64,000 nt of DNA from Antedon mediterranea (GCF_964355755.1 NC_092673.1:13116948-13180947); one strand, 5' to 3'; shown: positions 12,886 to 27,386, numbered from the stretch's first letter. Numbers and translations are program-made. The notes: generated from the sequence alone by a model not told the origin.

Positions 12886-13244
12886 TATTGTACAGGAAGA
12901 AAATAACCAACAGTGCTTGGTCAAGAAGGGTATAATATCAAACACTGGGTATATAAACACTGGGTAGAGAAGGTCTTAACCAGGGAACCAACTATAAGAA
13001 GATGCTTTAAGTTCGGTATTTAAAGCGCCACAGAATTTACAGGCTGGAGATCGCGTCTGCAATTTCATGGAAGAAAATGGGAAAACACTAGTAATAGCAA
13101 TTAACGACAATTTCTTGTGTGAGACGAGTTATTTACTTATATATTTATTTAATTTATGTATTGCAACCATGGAGGAGTAAAATAATTTTCTTACTTACAT
13201 TGTATAACATAAACATTTGAGTCATAAACGATGTTTGTTTTAGG

Positions 13245-14340
13245 AAGTGGTCGGTTGAGGTCTACGGTTCTTTGGGAAGAACAACCAGAGAAGCGAACCA
13301 TGCCCTTGTTTTCATTGCTCAAGGCGTGCTGAGCCACTAGAAGCAGCCTATTGGATACTACTGTACCAGCTGAAAAAAATGAAGTTCTGCTCAGTCAGTG
13401 CATAGAAAAGTTGATGAATCCAAAGGTAGTAGTTTGCGACCATAGTGCGTGTAATCTTAACACAACACATGAGACGCCATACAAAATGTTTAACAACAAG
13501 ATACATTTTAATTATGATCATCCACACCTCCTCAAAAACACAAGAACAACATTGCTAAATTACCCAGTTAACTTTGTGGACGATGCCGGAACAACAAAAA
13601 AAACAAGCTAAGTGGCAATACATTCAAGACTTCTTCGAATCGGAATGCCCTATTGTCAATTAGCATGGCACCGAAGTTGACCAACAACCATTTTGATCTG
13701 ACAAGTTTCACCAAGATGAGTGTCAAAAAAGCCTCACAAGTATTAAGCCACACTGTAGCAGCAGGAGTTTTGACCTACACATCTCTTGGAAAACTGACAA
13801 GTGCTGACATTAACATTCCTATCACAAAGAGACAAGTCAGCAAATGTGAAATGTGACTCTTGTCAGTGTTGTTAACCAGATGAACCAGTGCTATGTTACT
13901 GTAAGTCTGTCTGAGGAAAACACAATGGCGTTTATTCCTGAATATTTAAGTAGAAAGGTTCTTATCAGTCAAGAGGTGATTGGTTCTTGTGAACAATGCC
14001 AAACAGCTTTTGGCTACACAACCTTGTTGCAACGACCGATCTCTGCTATTCGCACATTTTAAAGCTTACGACACCACGAAAAGTGATTTTGGAGGACTCA
14101 CAGTTCCATCTGTTCAGCTGATTGAATTTGTTTACGATATGTGAGGAAGTTTTCACTGATAAGTTAGATAACAGCTTGAACAGTACGAACATATGCCAAA
14201 TAATTTGAAATTCGATTAAACCAGGGAAGTGAACACCTCCCTGATTAAACAGCTAGACTGTTACAAGAAATGAAATGTTTGTGAGGAGAAAGTAAAGGAG
14301 AATCTTGTGGCCATTTTTGTAAGTATGCGCATACATTAAT
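13245..14340 (+). pseudogene. P-element (THAP9-like) transposase remnant with internal deletion
   Basis: ANHALVFIAQG...*KQPIGYY, VVVCDH, YDHPHLLKNTR, APKLTNNHF...KMSVKKASQVLSHTVAAG, then C-terminal CEQC and GGLTVPS. The 3' part is duplicated at 25182-25910. Confidence 0.82.
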
Positions 14341-15820
14341 TAATTAAAAAATAGGCAATTGAAATATACGGTAATGTAAATGCCATCAAGACATCATACT
14401 GACTTCACTTTCACAGATATTCAGTTACACATGAGTCAGTAATTAGTAATTAGTTTAATACAAAGAAGCTAATTCTGTTTTTATAATTTTAACAGGGATG
14501 TACAATATGGTTTAAACAGACAATTGTGGACAATGGCTTTGTCTGATATCATTGTGCTGGTACATTCAATATGAGAATATAGTTTGCAATATGAATGTCA
14601 TGCCAACATGTGAGGGTAGTTGATAATCTAAATTTCATCATTCTGTTTTATAACTTTTTTAATGCATGTTTGTAAATTGTTTCTCAGTACTTTTATTGAG
14701 AATTACTTGATGGTATATTGAAAAAAAAAAAAAATTTGTTTCAATAAACAAATTAGATTAGTTTTATCTAGTTTGTTGTTGGTATAGAAGTGACACGAAT
14801 TGTTGATCTAAATGTAATATTAATGGAAATAACAAAGTGAATAAACCCATGGAATTTTCCAAAAAATATTTTAAAAATGGACAAAACGGTATATGGGTTG
14901 TTAATATGAAATATTTGAATCATAAAGGCCTCATATCAGGCGAGATCAAACTGTTTTTTAAAATTAATATTTTTCTTAGTAACAAGCACATAGTATGTGG
15001 AACATTTTGAGGTCAATTGTGATTTATATCATAGAAAGAAGACATTCTACAATAAAAAGCAATTGAACAAATGACCAATATGCCCATGTCAATTTTATGA
15101 ATATATGGTATACAGTGTTCTTCTTGCCTTAATTGCTTTGGCATCCAATTACTTAGAATAACAAAGATTGTTTGTTATTTGTAGCACTGTCATCACCATC
15201 GTCACAGCCAGGACGAAGCAAGGATTTTTTTTTCAATATCAAATGCCAGTAAGTTAAACTTTTTTCTCCTGTGTTAAAAATATAAAATTACTCACTCCTG
15301 TTTGTGTATTTTTTTGTGTCAAAAATGCAGCTGTCAAATGTTATTATAGCATACCAATAGACAAATGATACTAAAATACAAAATAATCCATTTAAACCTC
15401 ATTGTATATTAATAATTTAATTGCTGTTTTGTTTAATTGGGAAAAAAAGTTGCAACATTAAAAACCTTTAAAAAAATATTTTTAAAATGATTAAAAAAAC
15501 TGTGCTATAGTAAGACATAAAATATTATAGTTACCGTCATTTTTGCTAAAATAAATATTGTTCTGATATTTTAATCACAACAAGTTTACATAAATGTATA
15601 TAATGTGGTGGTGGTATTTTTTACAGCGGTGGTATATTTTCGACTCTAATAAAATTTTATTTGTTAGAGTAACATAAAACACATTTTTAGAGTTTAAATC
15701 TATAATGAATTACCTGAATTAAAATGTATGTAAAGTTGCATTATGGTAGTTTTGAAATTTTGACATTTATGTCACACTTTATGATCCTACCTCATAGAAT
15801 CACCCATATAATATACTTAG

Positions 15821-16290
15821 TTTAAATGTTAAGAAAACTGAATACATGACAATAGGCTCAAGACAAAAAATATCAAACATATCTAATTTACATAAACATT
15901 GATGGGGAGCCTATCACTCGTGTTAATCAATGCAAACATCTTGCTGTAATTCTTGAATCTTTCTTGGTCCTCACAAATTAATCATGTCAAATCTAAGGCA
16001 TTGCAGAGCTTGTACTATCTAAAAAAGACTAGCAACATTCTTCCAATTGATGTTCAATCTAAACTATATAAATCCCTCATGGCTCCACATCTTGAATATT
16101 GCCACGTTGTTTGGGGTCGCTCAAATCAAATTCAAAGTCTTCAAAACCGGGCACCAAAAATGATTACAAACAGATCAAGAAGTGACTCTAGTACACAAGC
16201 TCTGCAAGCCTTAAATGGATGAATATGGATCAACGATTGTAAATTATGTTTAAAATTATGAACAACTTTGCACCTAATTAAATATTAGAA
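15821..16290 (+). mobile_element. L2/CR1 LINE RT fragment (same family as 7061-7960)
   Basis: ORF 15953-16222 nearly identical to ORF 7182-7526 but lacks 15 bp (KTLQI); truncated at the duplication junction. Confidence 0.8.
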
Positions 16291-16545
16291 ATAACCAATG
16301 AAATGTAGAAATGTTTAATTCTTTACGATTTCGATCCAAGTCGGCCCTAAACCGTCTCGGCCAAAGTCAAGTCGGCCCTAAGTCAACTCGGCCCCAAGTC
16401 AACTCGGCCTCACGTCAACTCGGCCAAAAAATAATCGGTCAACTCGGCCCCGTTAAAGTATGGAACGCAAAAAATGCAAATAAAGGGGATTGATAAAATA
16501 ATATATCTTCACAATTTTTTAACTATAAATAATTCTGACTTTTAA

Positions 16546-19500
16546 CCGATTCACCCCGATAAGCGCTTAAAGCGCTCATGAGGTGAAAAGTCAAGGTCAT
16601 TGTAAACAAATTGTCAACAAAAAAAAAGTAAACCGAATTTAAATGCGCAGTTTGTTGTGCATGAAACGTGACAACAAATTATGCAAAATACTCACAATTT
16701 TTTTTTTTTAAATATGCTTCCAAATATATAAAAAATATTGTTGAAGCGAGTTCGAAAATAAATTCGAAAACATAACCGTTTTTCGAAGCACGCTGTTCGA
16801 AACGCGACGGGCGTTTTATTGTAAACATACAACGTAAAATCGTCTAAAATCCATCATTATTTGTAATAATCACTATTTTGAAGCTTGTATATAATAAATA
16901 TATAATAAATGAAGATTATGTATCAGTTGTGGTGTCTAAATCGTCTTATTTCCGTGTAAAATTCTTCTACGGAGCAAATTCGTAGCCGTGTCCTCCGAGT
17001 GCACCGCCATTTTGTTTACCTTTGCTCTGTAATATGAACCCTGACATGTCAGTTGCATTATGGGCATGAAATATTTTTTGAAACTCTGCGCAACGGTCTG
17101 TTTGTTGAAGCATAGCCTTTGACAAACATTTTGATACCAAACTTTCTTTGGTTTCATAAGTTTTCGGCGTATTTTCGTCTAATTTTCTGCAAGCTACACA
17201 TCGGAGATGGCGGAACAAGCACCCAAGAAACGCCCTGTGCGAGAAAGGCGAATTCCAAGTCGCTTTCGGGATGATTTTTTTTACATTCCCAGTGAAAGCG
17301 ATGAGGATTCGTCCGACTCAAACAGCGGCGACGACGACGGTCCTGCTCCCGAGGCCGCTCCCGATGATAGGCCTATATGGTCATCATCGGACAAGTCCGT
17401 CTACGAGGAGGGGGAATTAGAAGAAGAGGAGGACGAGACAGATATGGAGGTAACCCCAAATGGGTCAGGCTCTTCTGGTGGTGATAGGCCTTCCACCAGT
17501 GGCCTGAACCCAGCCACAGTTGGTGGTCCCCTTGGGAGCAAGAGGGCCCGTATTGGTGGCATTGGGGGTCGGGGGGGAGGGTGTAGGTAGAAGAGGCCAT
17601 GTAGGTAGAGGGCGAGTAGACCCGGGTCTAGGTGGGGTTGGAGTAGGACGGGGAGATGAGGATAGAGGGAGAGGAGCCCGTGCCCCGAGAGGACGTGGTG
17701 GGAGAGCGGCTCTGGAGCGCCAGAGACGTCAGGAGGAGCTTGATGGATGGCATCGTATGGACGAGCCATCTGGCTTCCCTGTTTGACCTTTCGGGGGCCA
17801 CGTACCCGGGTATTTGGGGAGGTATGGGGTCATGTCAACACCAATCGATTTTTTCACTCTTTTTTTCAACCAAATTCTCTTGCAGATGATAGTGGACCAG
17901 ACCAATCTTTACTTTACGCAGAGGAAGCCCGGAACCCAATTTGTGGAGCTGACAGCCAGGGAGCTTCAAGCCTTTTTTGGTATGGTGGTGATGATTTCCA
18001 TCAAGGGACTGACGGTACTTGAGCACATCTGGTCGACGCTTGCGTTCTTCCATGATGCGTCCTTGGCCAACATCATGCCTCGTGACCGGTTCTTCTGGAT
18101 TCTACGGAATTTGCACTTCAACAACAACAATGAAGCTCCAGAAGATCCAGCTCAAGACCGTCTATTCAAGATCCGCCCTGTGATTCACCACCTTACCACG
18201 CAATTTCAAGTGCAGTATAATCTGCACGAGCATTTTGCTGGTGATGAAGCTATGGTTATATTTCAAGGACGGCATAGGTAATTTTTTTTTTTTCACTGTA
18301 TTTATCAATATTATTTATGCACAATTATATAATATCAAAACATGTTGCCTCTTTTTGATTGATTATATTGGTAAAAAAATAAAAATGTTATACTGTACTC
18401 ACAATTTTTTACAATTTTGTTTTATCTTCTAGCGGGAAGCAGTATGATCCATCGAAGCCAATCAAGCGCGGATTTAAAATTTGGACACTCGCGGATTCCA
18501 TCTCGGGTTATGTATACAACTTCGCTGTTTATATGGGACGATTTGGCAATCCAGACCACCGCGATCTCGGACGTAGAGTGATTCTCAACCTTATCACTCC
18601 GGACCTTCACAACCTCAACTACAGATTGTACTGCGACCGCTTTTTTACATCGATGCCACTTCTACGCGACTTACAAGAAAGAATCGGGATATATTGCTGC
18701 GGAACTGTTCAACGCGATCGACAAGGATATTCACCATCACTCAAACAACTTAAACAACATGAAAAAAACATGGAGCGTGGAGAATTTCATTTCGCGAAAC
18801 ACGACGACGGGATGTGCGGATACGCGTGGAATGACAAAAAACTAATCTACTTTCTCAGCAGCGCACATTCAGGAGATCTACCCCTAACGGCCGTGATGCG
18901 TAATATAGATATCCGCGGAAATCGTACCAACATACCATGCCCACAAGCCATCGCAGACTACAACAAATACATGGGAGGGGAGATCATGCAGATCAAATCA
19001 AGTCGTACTATGCAGTCAACAGGAAATTGCGTCGCTGGTATATGCATCTCTTTTGGCATTCATTCGACACTTCCATATCCAACGCCTTCATTCTACATAC
19101 GGAAACGCGACCTGCCGCAGAAAGACATATTTCACAAATCCTATTTCAGATCCAAATCCCATCCTATACGCGCAGACCCAGGTCACCAGCACACTCCCGT
19201 CGACCTGAGGCCAGAATTTCCAAGGAAGCGTCGCTGTAGTGTATGTCTTCAAAACAAAACAAGACATGAGACCTTCTATGGTTGTGCAAGATGCAACAAC
19301 ACACCACTCTGCAACCATGTTGGTCGAAACTGTTTCGAAATCCACCACAGAAACATTGAAAACTGAACATTTCCCTCATAGTTTTAGTTGGAAGCGTCTT
19401 CTTTTAGTGTTCAGAGGTCAGAGGGCTTGTGAGTTGATAGCTATTTTTAAAATAGTGAAACAGTCCGGCTTCTGAGTTAGAAGAACTGCTCCATCTTCAA

Positions 19501-20582
19501 TTGTGAGTAAAACACACTACAGCGCACTTTTACAACAACATGGGGCCATGTTGAAGCCTACTCGTGGCGGCCCTGTTACGTCGTACTACACCTGATGTAC
19601 CTGTATGGCAAGCTAATTCAACATGAAGATGAATGTGAAACGTCAATTGTGAATACTGAACATTTTGTATCAATTATTATGCATACTTTACATTTATAAC
19701 TGAACATTTCATAATCCAGTGTTATGTAAGTACTTTGTATAGAATAATAAATTATACAAAAAGTAATTTGACGTTTTATTTATTATTTTTGTCGTTTGCC
19801 TTTCGCTCTAAGTACAGTATTTTGTTATCAATGATATACTGTATTATGCAATTGTGGTACCAAACTGCTAAACAACTTCAAGTTTCTTTTTAGAATAAGT
19901 GATAAAGAAAGAGCGAGTCAGCTTTGCCCAGTTTGCGTTGAAATTATGGGTAACGAAGTAAAAAATTCGAGTTTTGTTGCAAATTGTTAGCATCTATTTG
20001 CATAACATGTAAGAATTATTTACACATAATAATAACAAAATAAATAACATATTTGAAAAGGAAATGTGATAAGCTTTTTTTTGATGTATAACATTATAGA
20101 ATTGCTCTACAAAAAAAAAAGATACATGTAAGTTTTCGACACCTACTTTCCTATATAGAAACTTGATACCCTTGTGAAAAACGCGCGCGCGCACTTCGCG
20201 CACCATTTTACTAATTTATTCATAACTTCGAAACCGGTCATTCATAATGGTCAAGTTTGGTCTTATTTTGAAGAGAAGAAATAGGTTCTGATGAAAAAAG
20301 TTAGTTTTATTCATAAATAATTTAGCAATTTCATGCATTTGGTAGTCAAAGATAAAATTTTAAATAATTTTCCTAAAATTTGCATAAATTTGCATAATCC
20401 AGAATCCGCCATCGTAAGTCATAACATAAATTTGATTACATATTTGAAAAGAAAATGTCCTTGGCATTATTTTTCTTTTTTACTTCATTGAGTTTGTGTC
20501 TCTAGAAAAAAAGTTATGATTAATTATGTGACATATGCTTTTTAGGTCCCGGGGGAGCAAAATAAACTTAGGGGTCAATGGG
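16546..20582 (+). mobile_element. Full-length piggyBac element
   Basis: TTAA at 16542-16545 and 20583-20586; TIR CCGATTCACCCC vs CCCATTGACCCC (10/12); internal transposase. Confidence 0.92.
17207..19366 (+). pseudogene. piggyBac transposase, one intron (18278-18432), several frameshifts
   Basis: Acidic and RG-rich N-terminus; GDEAM; splicing restores FQGRHS|GKQYDPSKPIKRGFKIW; CDRFFTS; YNKYMGGxDHADQ; C-terminal Cys-rich domain CSVC...CARC...C...CFEIHH. Confidence 0.9.
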
Positions 20583-21960
20583 TTAATGAATATTAATATT
20601 TAGACAATAATATATTTAGCAAAAAAAATAGGAATGATTTCACCAACTTTCCTTTATTTACGTAAAATTTCAAATTGCACAATTGAAAACAACTCGTAGC
20701 TGCGCCTCCCTGCGCCTTTGGCAGCTTTTTCGATATCTACAACTGCTACGTGTTTTCACTGACCAGGGGATTCCTCTTTTTTTTAAACGCAAATCATAGT
20801 AAGAATCATAATATTAAGCACTTTTTGCGTTCCATATTTTATTGTGGCCGAGTTGACCGATTGGTTTTTAGCCGAGTTGACGTGAGGCCGAGTTGACTTG
20901 AGCCCGAGTTGACTTGAGGCCGAGTTGACGTGGGGCCGACTTGACTTTGGCCGAGACGGTTTAGGGCCAACTTGACCTGCACCCTTCTTTAATCTAGGCC
21001 TAAGGGCATAGCTGGAGGCTAGAGTAGGCCAAACAGTACTAGCATAAGGTATGGAAAAAAGTATTAGGTCTAAGGAGGTCTAGCCTAAACTAGGCCTAGT
21101 CTAATTTATGCCTATGCAACTGGGACCCCTCTCCTAATCTAATTGTACATAAATATTCTATTTCGGTGAATGGCAAGAAGACTGAAAATGCTAAATTAAA
21201 AAGGTAATTTAATGCCTTAAAATAAGTAATTGTATTACAACACGGCCTTTGCGGAAAAGTGGTCTATGTAAAAGTTGTGGTTGTCAAATTTCGGCACATT
21301 GCAAATGCTTTGCCACACCATCATACAGTGGTACAAAATTTGAAGCAACAGTTTGATGTTAGTTCAACTGACTGCATGTTGAACCATCATAGAAAATGGA
21401 GTGAAACGGACCATGCTGGCATTATAAAGAAGGCCAAGCTGGATGAAGGCTGCCTTGTTCCGGAATGCACCAACAGGGGTATAATCCATAGAACAAGGAG
21501 ATTGGATGAAACGAAAGGAAATTTTTGTAGCTTTCCATGGATAAAATACAACAAATCCTACAGTTTAATGGCAATTTTCCACTCTTCCACAAACATTACA
21601 ATGATTAAAACCGCTACTTATCACCACCTACCTACCAAGTGTGCTGTATGCCATTCCCATTTGCCGTTCGATAGAAGAAGAAGTAGAATTTGTCATGAAG
21701 CCGGCAAGCTAATGCTAATGTTGATACATTATTGATTGTTCTGCTATTATTTGTTTATATTTGTCGTGTCACTCATCTTTTAACAGATTTTTCAATGCTT
21801 TTGTTAGAGAACAGCAATGCTCTAAAACATACTTCCAAGAAATACTTAGGTCATTAGAGCATAATGTCTATGTTCATAGCTGTGTTGATTTCTGTATAAC
21901 TGGCATTCATTTACAGAGAAGCAAGTTAAAGCTATGTTAATGACACGTATTCGTGCTTCA

Positions 21961-24080
21961 TACTCCACAATAGACATGAACATTTCTCAAGACAGCACGG
22001 TAACATCAGAGTCATACTCTTTCAACTCTCCGACTTCTTCCACGATAGACATGGATACGTCTCAATTAAATGAACAATCACCTAATGGACCTACCACACC
22101 TACCACACCTATTCAACAGGTCCATGTAGAAATAGCACCAATTGATATTGCAAATGACCACCCAACTAAATTGATTGATGAAATTGATGGCAACACACAA
22201 GAATCAACCAAAGAAACAGAGTTGATAGATCGAAACACACTGAAATATCAGATGTTGGCTCCATGTAATTGCTCCAAAAAATGTTTAATGACAATACCAG
22301 AAGAAAGACGCAGTGACATCCATCATCAATTTTGGAAACAGCCTTATTCAATGCGACGTGCATGGCTATATTCTCACATTAAGGTTATAGAGCCTAGTCG
22401 GATGAATAAACGGCCTGAGAGTCATGGAAGGCGTAAGCATACAAGAGTCTACAAGCTTCCCAACAGCGAAGGATGCGATGTATTTGTTTGCAAGGTGTTT
22501 TTCCTGCACACAAGTCTGACAAAATTATCACTGTAACACTCAACAACGCACTTATCGGTGACATAACAACATCCTGTGATAGAAGAGGAAAGCATGAACC
22601 ATATAATAAGATTGATAGTAGCGATGTCAACCTCGTAAAGGATCATATACTATCTCATAACCCAGCGGTAAGTCACTACAGATGTGAACATGCGCCTCTT
22701 CGAAGGTATTTGCCACCTGAGTTGAAGATGTGCAACATGTATGATGATTTCAATGCGAAGCACAGCATGTGGCCTAGAATTTTATAGGAGAACATTGAAA
22801 GGCATGAACAATAGTTTTGCAAAATTAGGAGAGGAAGAGTGCGAGGTATGCCTGGAGTTTGACCATCATAAAGACAACGCATCCCATGATGGTGAGGATC
22901 CAAACTGTCCAGTGTGTAGCATGTGGAAGATACATGTAGAAAGAGCAAAGGTTGCTAGAAAATGGTATTCACAAGAGAAAGAAAGACCACATTGAAGCAG
23001 TATGTTCTGTCGATATGCAGAAAGTGATAATGCTGCCTAGAATGCCTGGTGTTAAATCCTGTGTTTTTACGCGTAGGCTAATACAATTTCATATGACATT
23101 CGCACCTATTGGTGGAAAGAAGTGCACCAATGATCCCATTATTGGTGTAATATGGGATGGTCTGTTTGTGGAAGAAATTCAGAAGATGTGGCAAGCGCAT
23201 ATATCAAATACATAGACCACCCAGAGCTTCGAGAACGCACAAGGTTCTTGTTTTATATGGACAACTACAGTGCCCAAAATAAGAATTGGACAATTTATAC
23301 TGCTATGTTAGCTAAGGTAAATACAGAGGGGGGAACCAGATGAAATCATCTTTCGATATCTGGAGAAAGGACATACATTTATGTCGGCAGATTCTTTTCA
23401 TTCCCAAGTGGAGAAAGGAATGCGTGAGCGAAAGAATGTATATGATGGCAAAGACTTTGTGTCTGTGATCAACACACGAGGAGGCACAGCAACTAAACTG
23501 GAATATGGAGATGTTTTTATGTTTGAGAATGGTGTAAGCCAGAGAAAGTATACCCATAAACCTCTTTTATGTACCATACAGGAAGCGAAGTTCATCAAAG
23601 TTTCAATGATGTTACACTGGAAAACCTCACTCGACGACACACATTACCATTACCAGTCTGGGTTATTCTTGGAAAAGAAAATTGCCGAGAGAATTGAGAA
23701 ATCTGTGAAATCAGTTTCGTTTTCTTGCCTTCAATCACCAACAGGCATCCAAGACAAAGAAAAATGACATTTTGACAAACCTCTGCCGATTCATGCCAGC
23801 AAATCGACATTTATTTAGGAAACGGTTGCCAGTAAATGACTCATCACTCGACTTGATACTGATAGATAATAAATAAAATAAACAATCTGAAATCAATATA
23901 TTCACTGAAAATACATAAATTATGATGTATTTAGAGGACAATGTATATTTGTCAACGATTCTATTTGTCTCAATAATTGAATAATGAATAAATGAATACA
24001 TTTTTGTATTTTTTGCTACAAAATACTGGTTTTGAGTAATAATTTAATGTAGTGAATGCTGCTTACCATTAATTTATATA
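21961..24080 (+). pseudogene. Sola1-type transposase, frameshifted, no termini seen
   Basis: CNCSKKC...VCKVFFLHT, DRRGKH, SHYRCEHAP, VDMQKVIMLP, GRNSEDVASA, DNYSAQNKNW and GHTFMSADSFHSQVE across ORFs 21934-23767. Confidence 0.8.
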
Positions 24081-25181
24081 CTGTTTAGAAACAGTTCTTA
24101 GACGGTATGGCACTGATGTGCAGTGTTTGTTAAAATCACTATTCGAGTACAACACAGAAAAGGATGCATTGAAATGAAAATTAGAAGAGACGGACAGAAA
24201 GATAAGAATTAGAAGCACCGTCTAAATCACATCAATTATCTATTGTGATGATATACAAACGAGAATATCGAACCAAGCAAAGATTTTGTCTGTAGTTAAT
24301 AAGTGCAATCACACTGACTGTCAATTTTCTATCATTAATTAAATCATTTGATCCAATCTTGTGGATTACGCTAAATAAACAAGAGATTTGGAATCGAGAT
24401 TTGGAATCTGTATACAGATATGTCATTCAAATGGGATACTCATTACCTCAACACACTTGAGTCATCAACTTTTAGGCACCGAAAGCAACTAAAGAGACTT
24501 GACATAATTAAGCGTATTTACCATTTCACATGCTTATTACTAATGCTGTTGACAAGTTCACAAACTCATCAGCAAAGTGCTTAGGTCTCTTAGCACAGTT
24601 TTGAATTTGTGTATCTAAAGATACATCATTTTTCAGATATCAACCACATGTTGCAGAATTGGAAATGACTAATAAACCATTTTGATCTAATGCGTTTATA
24701 ATTGTCTCAATAGATAACATTGATAAAAACCCACAATACATTGTCACAAGGATTTCATTGTATATCGGTTCAGGCTGTTCAGCCATTGCCATATGCTGCT
24801 AAATTAACATGTTCTATTTCATTACAGGCTCAGGTACAAGAGACGCAACTTGACCAAAGAAGAAAAAGAAAAATACAGCTGTCCACTGTCACAATATACC
24901 AAAGTGGTGTAGAGCATTTGTTTGATCAACATACTTTACAAACATATGTAGTAATTTTCACCTTAAAATTGAAGACTTCCAGCCAACTAAACTTGAATAA
25001 AATCAAAGTTTAAAAAAAGTATTCAATTGATTATGTGACCATTTTCGATAAAACGGTGGCCATTTTTAAACGGCTGCCAACACCTTTGCGTATGAAAAAA
25101 AAAAGAGCAAATACTTTTTGGATATAGTGATGTCTATTCTACAACATATACAATTTTTACCAAATATATGTAAATAAAATT

Positions 25182-25910
25182 TTCAAGACTTCTTCGAATC
25201 GGAATGCCCTATTGTCAATTAGCATGGCACCGAAGTTGACCAACAACCATTTTGATCCGACAAGTTTCACCAAGATGAGTGTCAAAAAAGCCTCACAAGT
25301 GTTAAGCCACACTGTAGCAGCAGGAGTTTTGACCTACACATCTCTTGGAAAACTGACAAGTGCTGACATTAACATTCCTATCACAAAGAGACAAGTCAGC
25401 AAATGTGAAATGTGACTCTTGTCAGTGTTGTTAACCGGATGAACCAGTGCTATGTTACTGTAAGTCATGTCCCAGTCTGTCTGAGGAAAACACAATGGCG
25501 TTTATTCCTGAATATTTAAGTAGAAAGGTTCTTATCAGTCAAGAGGTGATTGGTTCTTGTGAACAATGCCAAACAGCTTTTGGCTACACAACCTTGTTGC
25601 AACGACCGATCTCTGCTATTCGCACATTTTAAAGCTTACGACACCACGAAAAGTGATTTTGGAGGAATCACAGTTCCATCTGTTCAGCTGATTGAATTTG
25701 TTTACGATATGTGAGGAAGTTTTCACTGATAAGTTAGATAACAGCTTGAACAGTACAAACATATGCCAAATAATTTGAAATTCGATTAAACCAGGGAAGT
25801 GAACACCTCCCTGATTAAACAGCTAGACTGTTACAAGAAATGAAATGTTTGTGAGGAGAAAGTAAAGGAGAATCTTGTGGCCATTTTTGTAAGTATGCGC
25901 ATACATTAAT
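25182..25910 (+). pseudogene. P-element transposase remnant, duplicated copy
   Basis: ORFs 25212-25415 and 25447-25632 match 13653-14062. Confidence 0.8.
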
Positions 25911-27386
25911 TAATTAAAAAATAGGCAATTGAAATATACGGTAATGTAAATGCCATCAAAACATCATACTGACTTCACTTTCACAGATATTCAGTTACAC
26001 ATGAGTCAGTAATTAGTAATTAGTTTAATACAAAGAAGCTAATTCTGTTTTTATAATTTTAGGGATGTACAATATGGTTTAAACAGACAATTGTGGACAA
26101 TGGCTTTGTCTGATATCATTGTGCTGGTACATTCAATATGAGAATATAGTTTGCAATATGAATGTCATGCCAACATGTGAGGGTAGTTGATAATCTCAAT
26201 TTCATCATTCTGTTTTATAACTTTTTTAATGCATGTTTGTAAATTGTTTCTCAGTACTTTTATTGAGAATTACTTGATGGTATATTGAAAAAAAAAAAAA
26301 AACTTTGTTTTAATAAACAAATTAGATTAGTTTTATCTAGTTTGTTGTTGATATAGAAGTGACACGAGTTGTTGATCTAAATGTAATATTAATGAAAATA
26401 ACAAAGTGAATAAACCCATGGAATTTTTCAAAAATTATTTTTAAAATGGACAAAACGGTATATGGGTTGTTAATATGAAATATTTGAATCATAAAGGCCT
26501 CATATCAGGTGGGATCAAACTGTTTTTAAAAATTAATATTTTTCTTAGTAACAAGCACATAGTATGTGGAACATTTTGAGGTCAATTGTGATTTATATCA
26601 TAGAAAGAAGACATTCTACAATAAAAAGCAATTGAACAAATGACCAATATGCCCATGTCAATTTTATGAATACATGGTATACAGTGTTCTTGCCTTAATT
26701 GCTTTGGCATCCAATTACTTAACATAACAAAGATTGTTTGTTATTTGTAGCACTGTCATCACCATCGTCACAGCCAGGACGAAGCAAGGATTTTTTTTTC
26801 AATATCAAATGCCAGTAAGTTAAACTTTTTTCTCCTGTGTTAAAAATATAAAATTACTCACTCCTGTTTGTGTATTTTTTTGTGTCAAAAATGCAGCTGT
26901 CAAATGTTATTATAGCATACCAATAGACAAATGATACTAAAATACAAAATAATCCATTTAAACCTCATTGTATTATTAATAATTTAATTGCTGTTTTGTT
27001 TAATTGGGAAAAAAAGTTGCAACATTAAAAACCTTTAAAAAAATATTTTTAAAATGATTAAAAAAACTGTGCTATAGTAAGACATAAAATATTATAGTTA
27101 CCGTCATTTTTGCTAAAATAAATATTGTTCTGATATTTTAATCACAACAAGTTTACATAAATGTATATAATGTGGTGGTGGTATTTTTTACAGCGGTGGT
27201 ATATTTTCGACTCTAATAAAATTTTATTTGTTAGAGTAACATAAAACACATTTTTAGAGTTTAAATCTATAATGAATTACCTGAATTAAAATGTATGTAA
27301 AGTTGCATTATGGTAGTTTTGAAATTTTGACATTTATGTCACACTTTATGATCCTACCTCATAGAATCACCCATATAATATACTAA

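Larger units (their letters stand above)
10698..16290 (+). repeat. Tandem segmental duplication, copy A (~5.6 kb)
   Basis: Colinear with 16291-27780: start ataaccaatgaa(a)tgtagaaatgtttaattcttta shared; ORFs 13653-13856 and 25212-25415, and 15953-16222 and 27520-27783, near identical. Confidence 0.93.
16327..20984. mobile_element. Foldback/MULE-like non-autonomous element with 16-bp tandem repeats in its TIRs
   Basis: Left arm carries (aagtcaactcggcccc)n at 16337-16450; the inverted copy is at 20845-20976. Flanked by ttctttac / ttctttaa. The empty site ttctttactctagg is present in copy A near 10725. Confidence 0.8.

Noticed and set aside
16337-16450. Regularly spaced 16-bp repeats as CRISPR or iterons
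   Set aside because: No spacers, and mirrored at 20845-20976, so they are part of a TIR.
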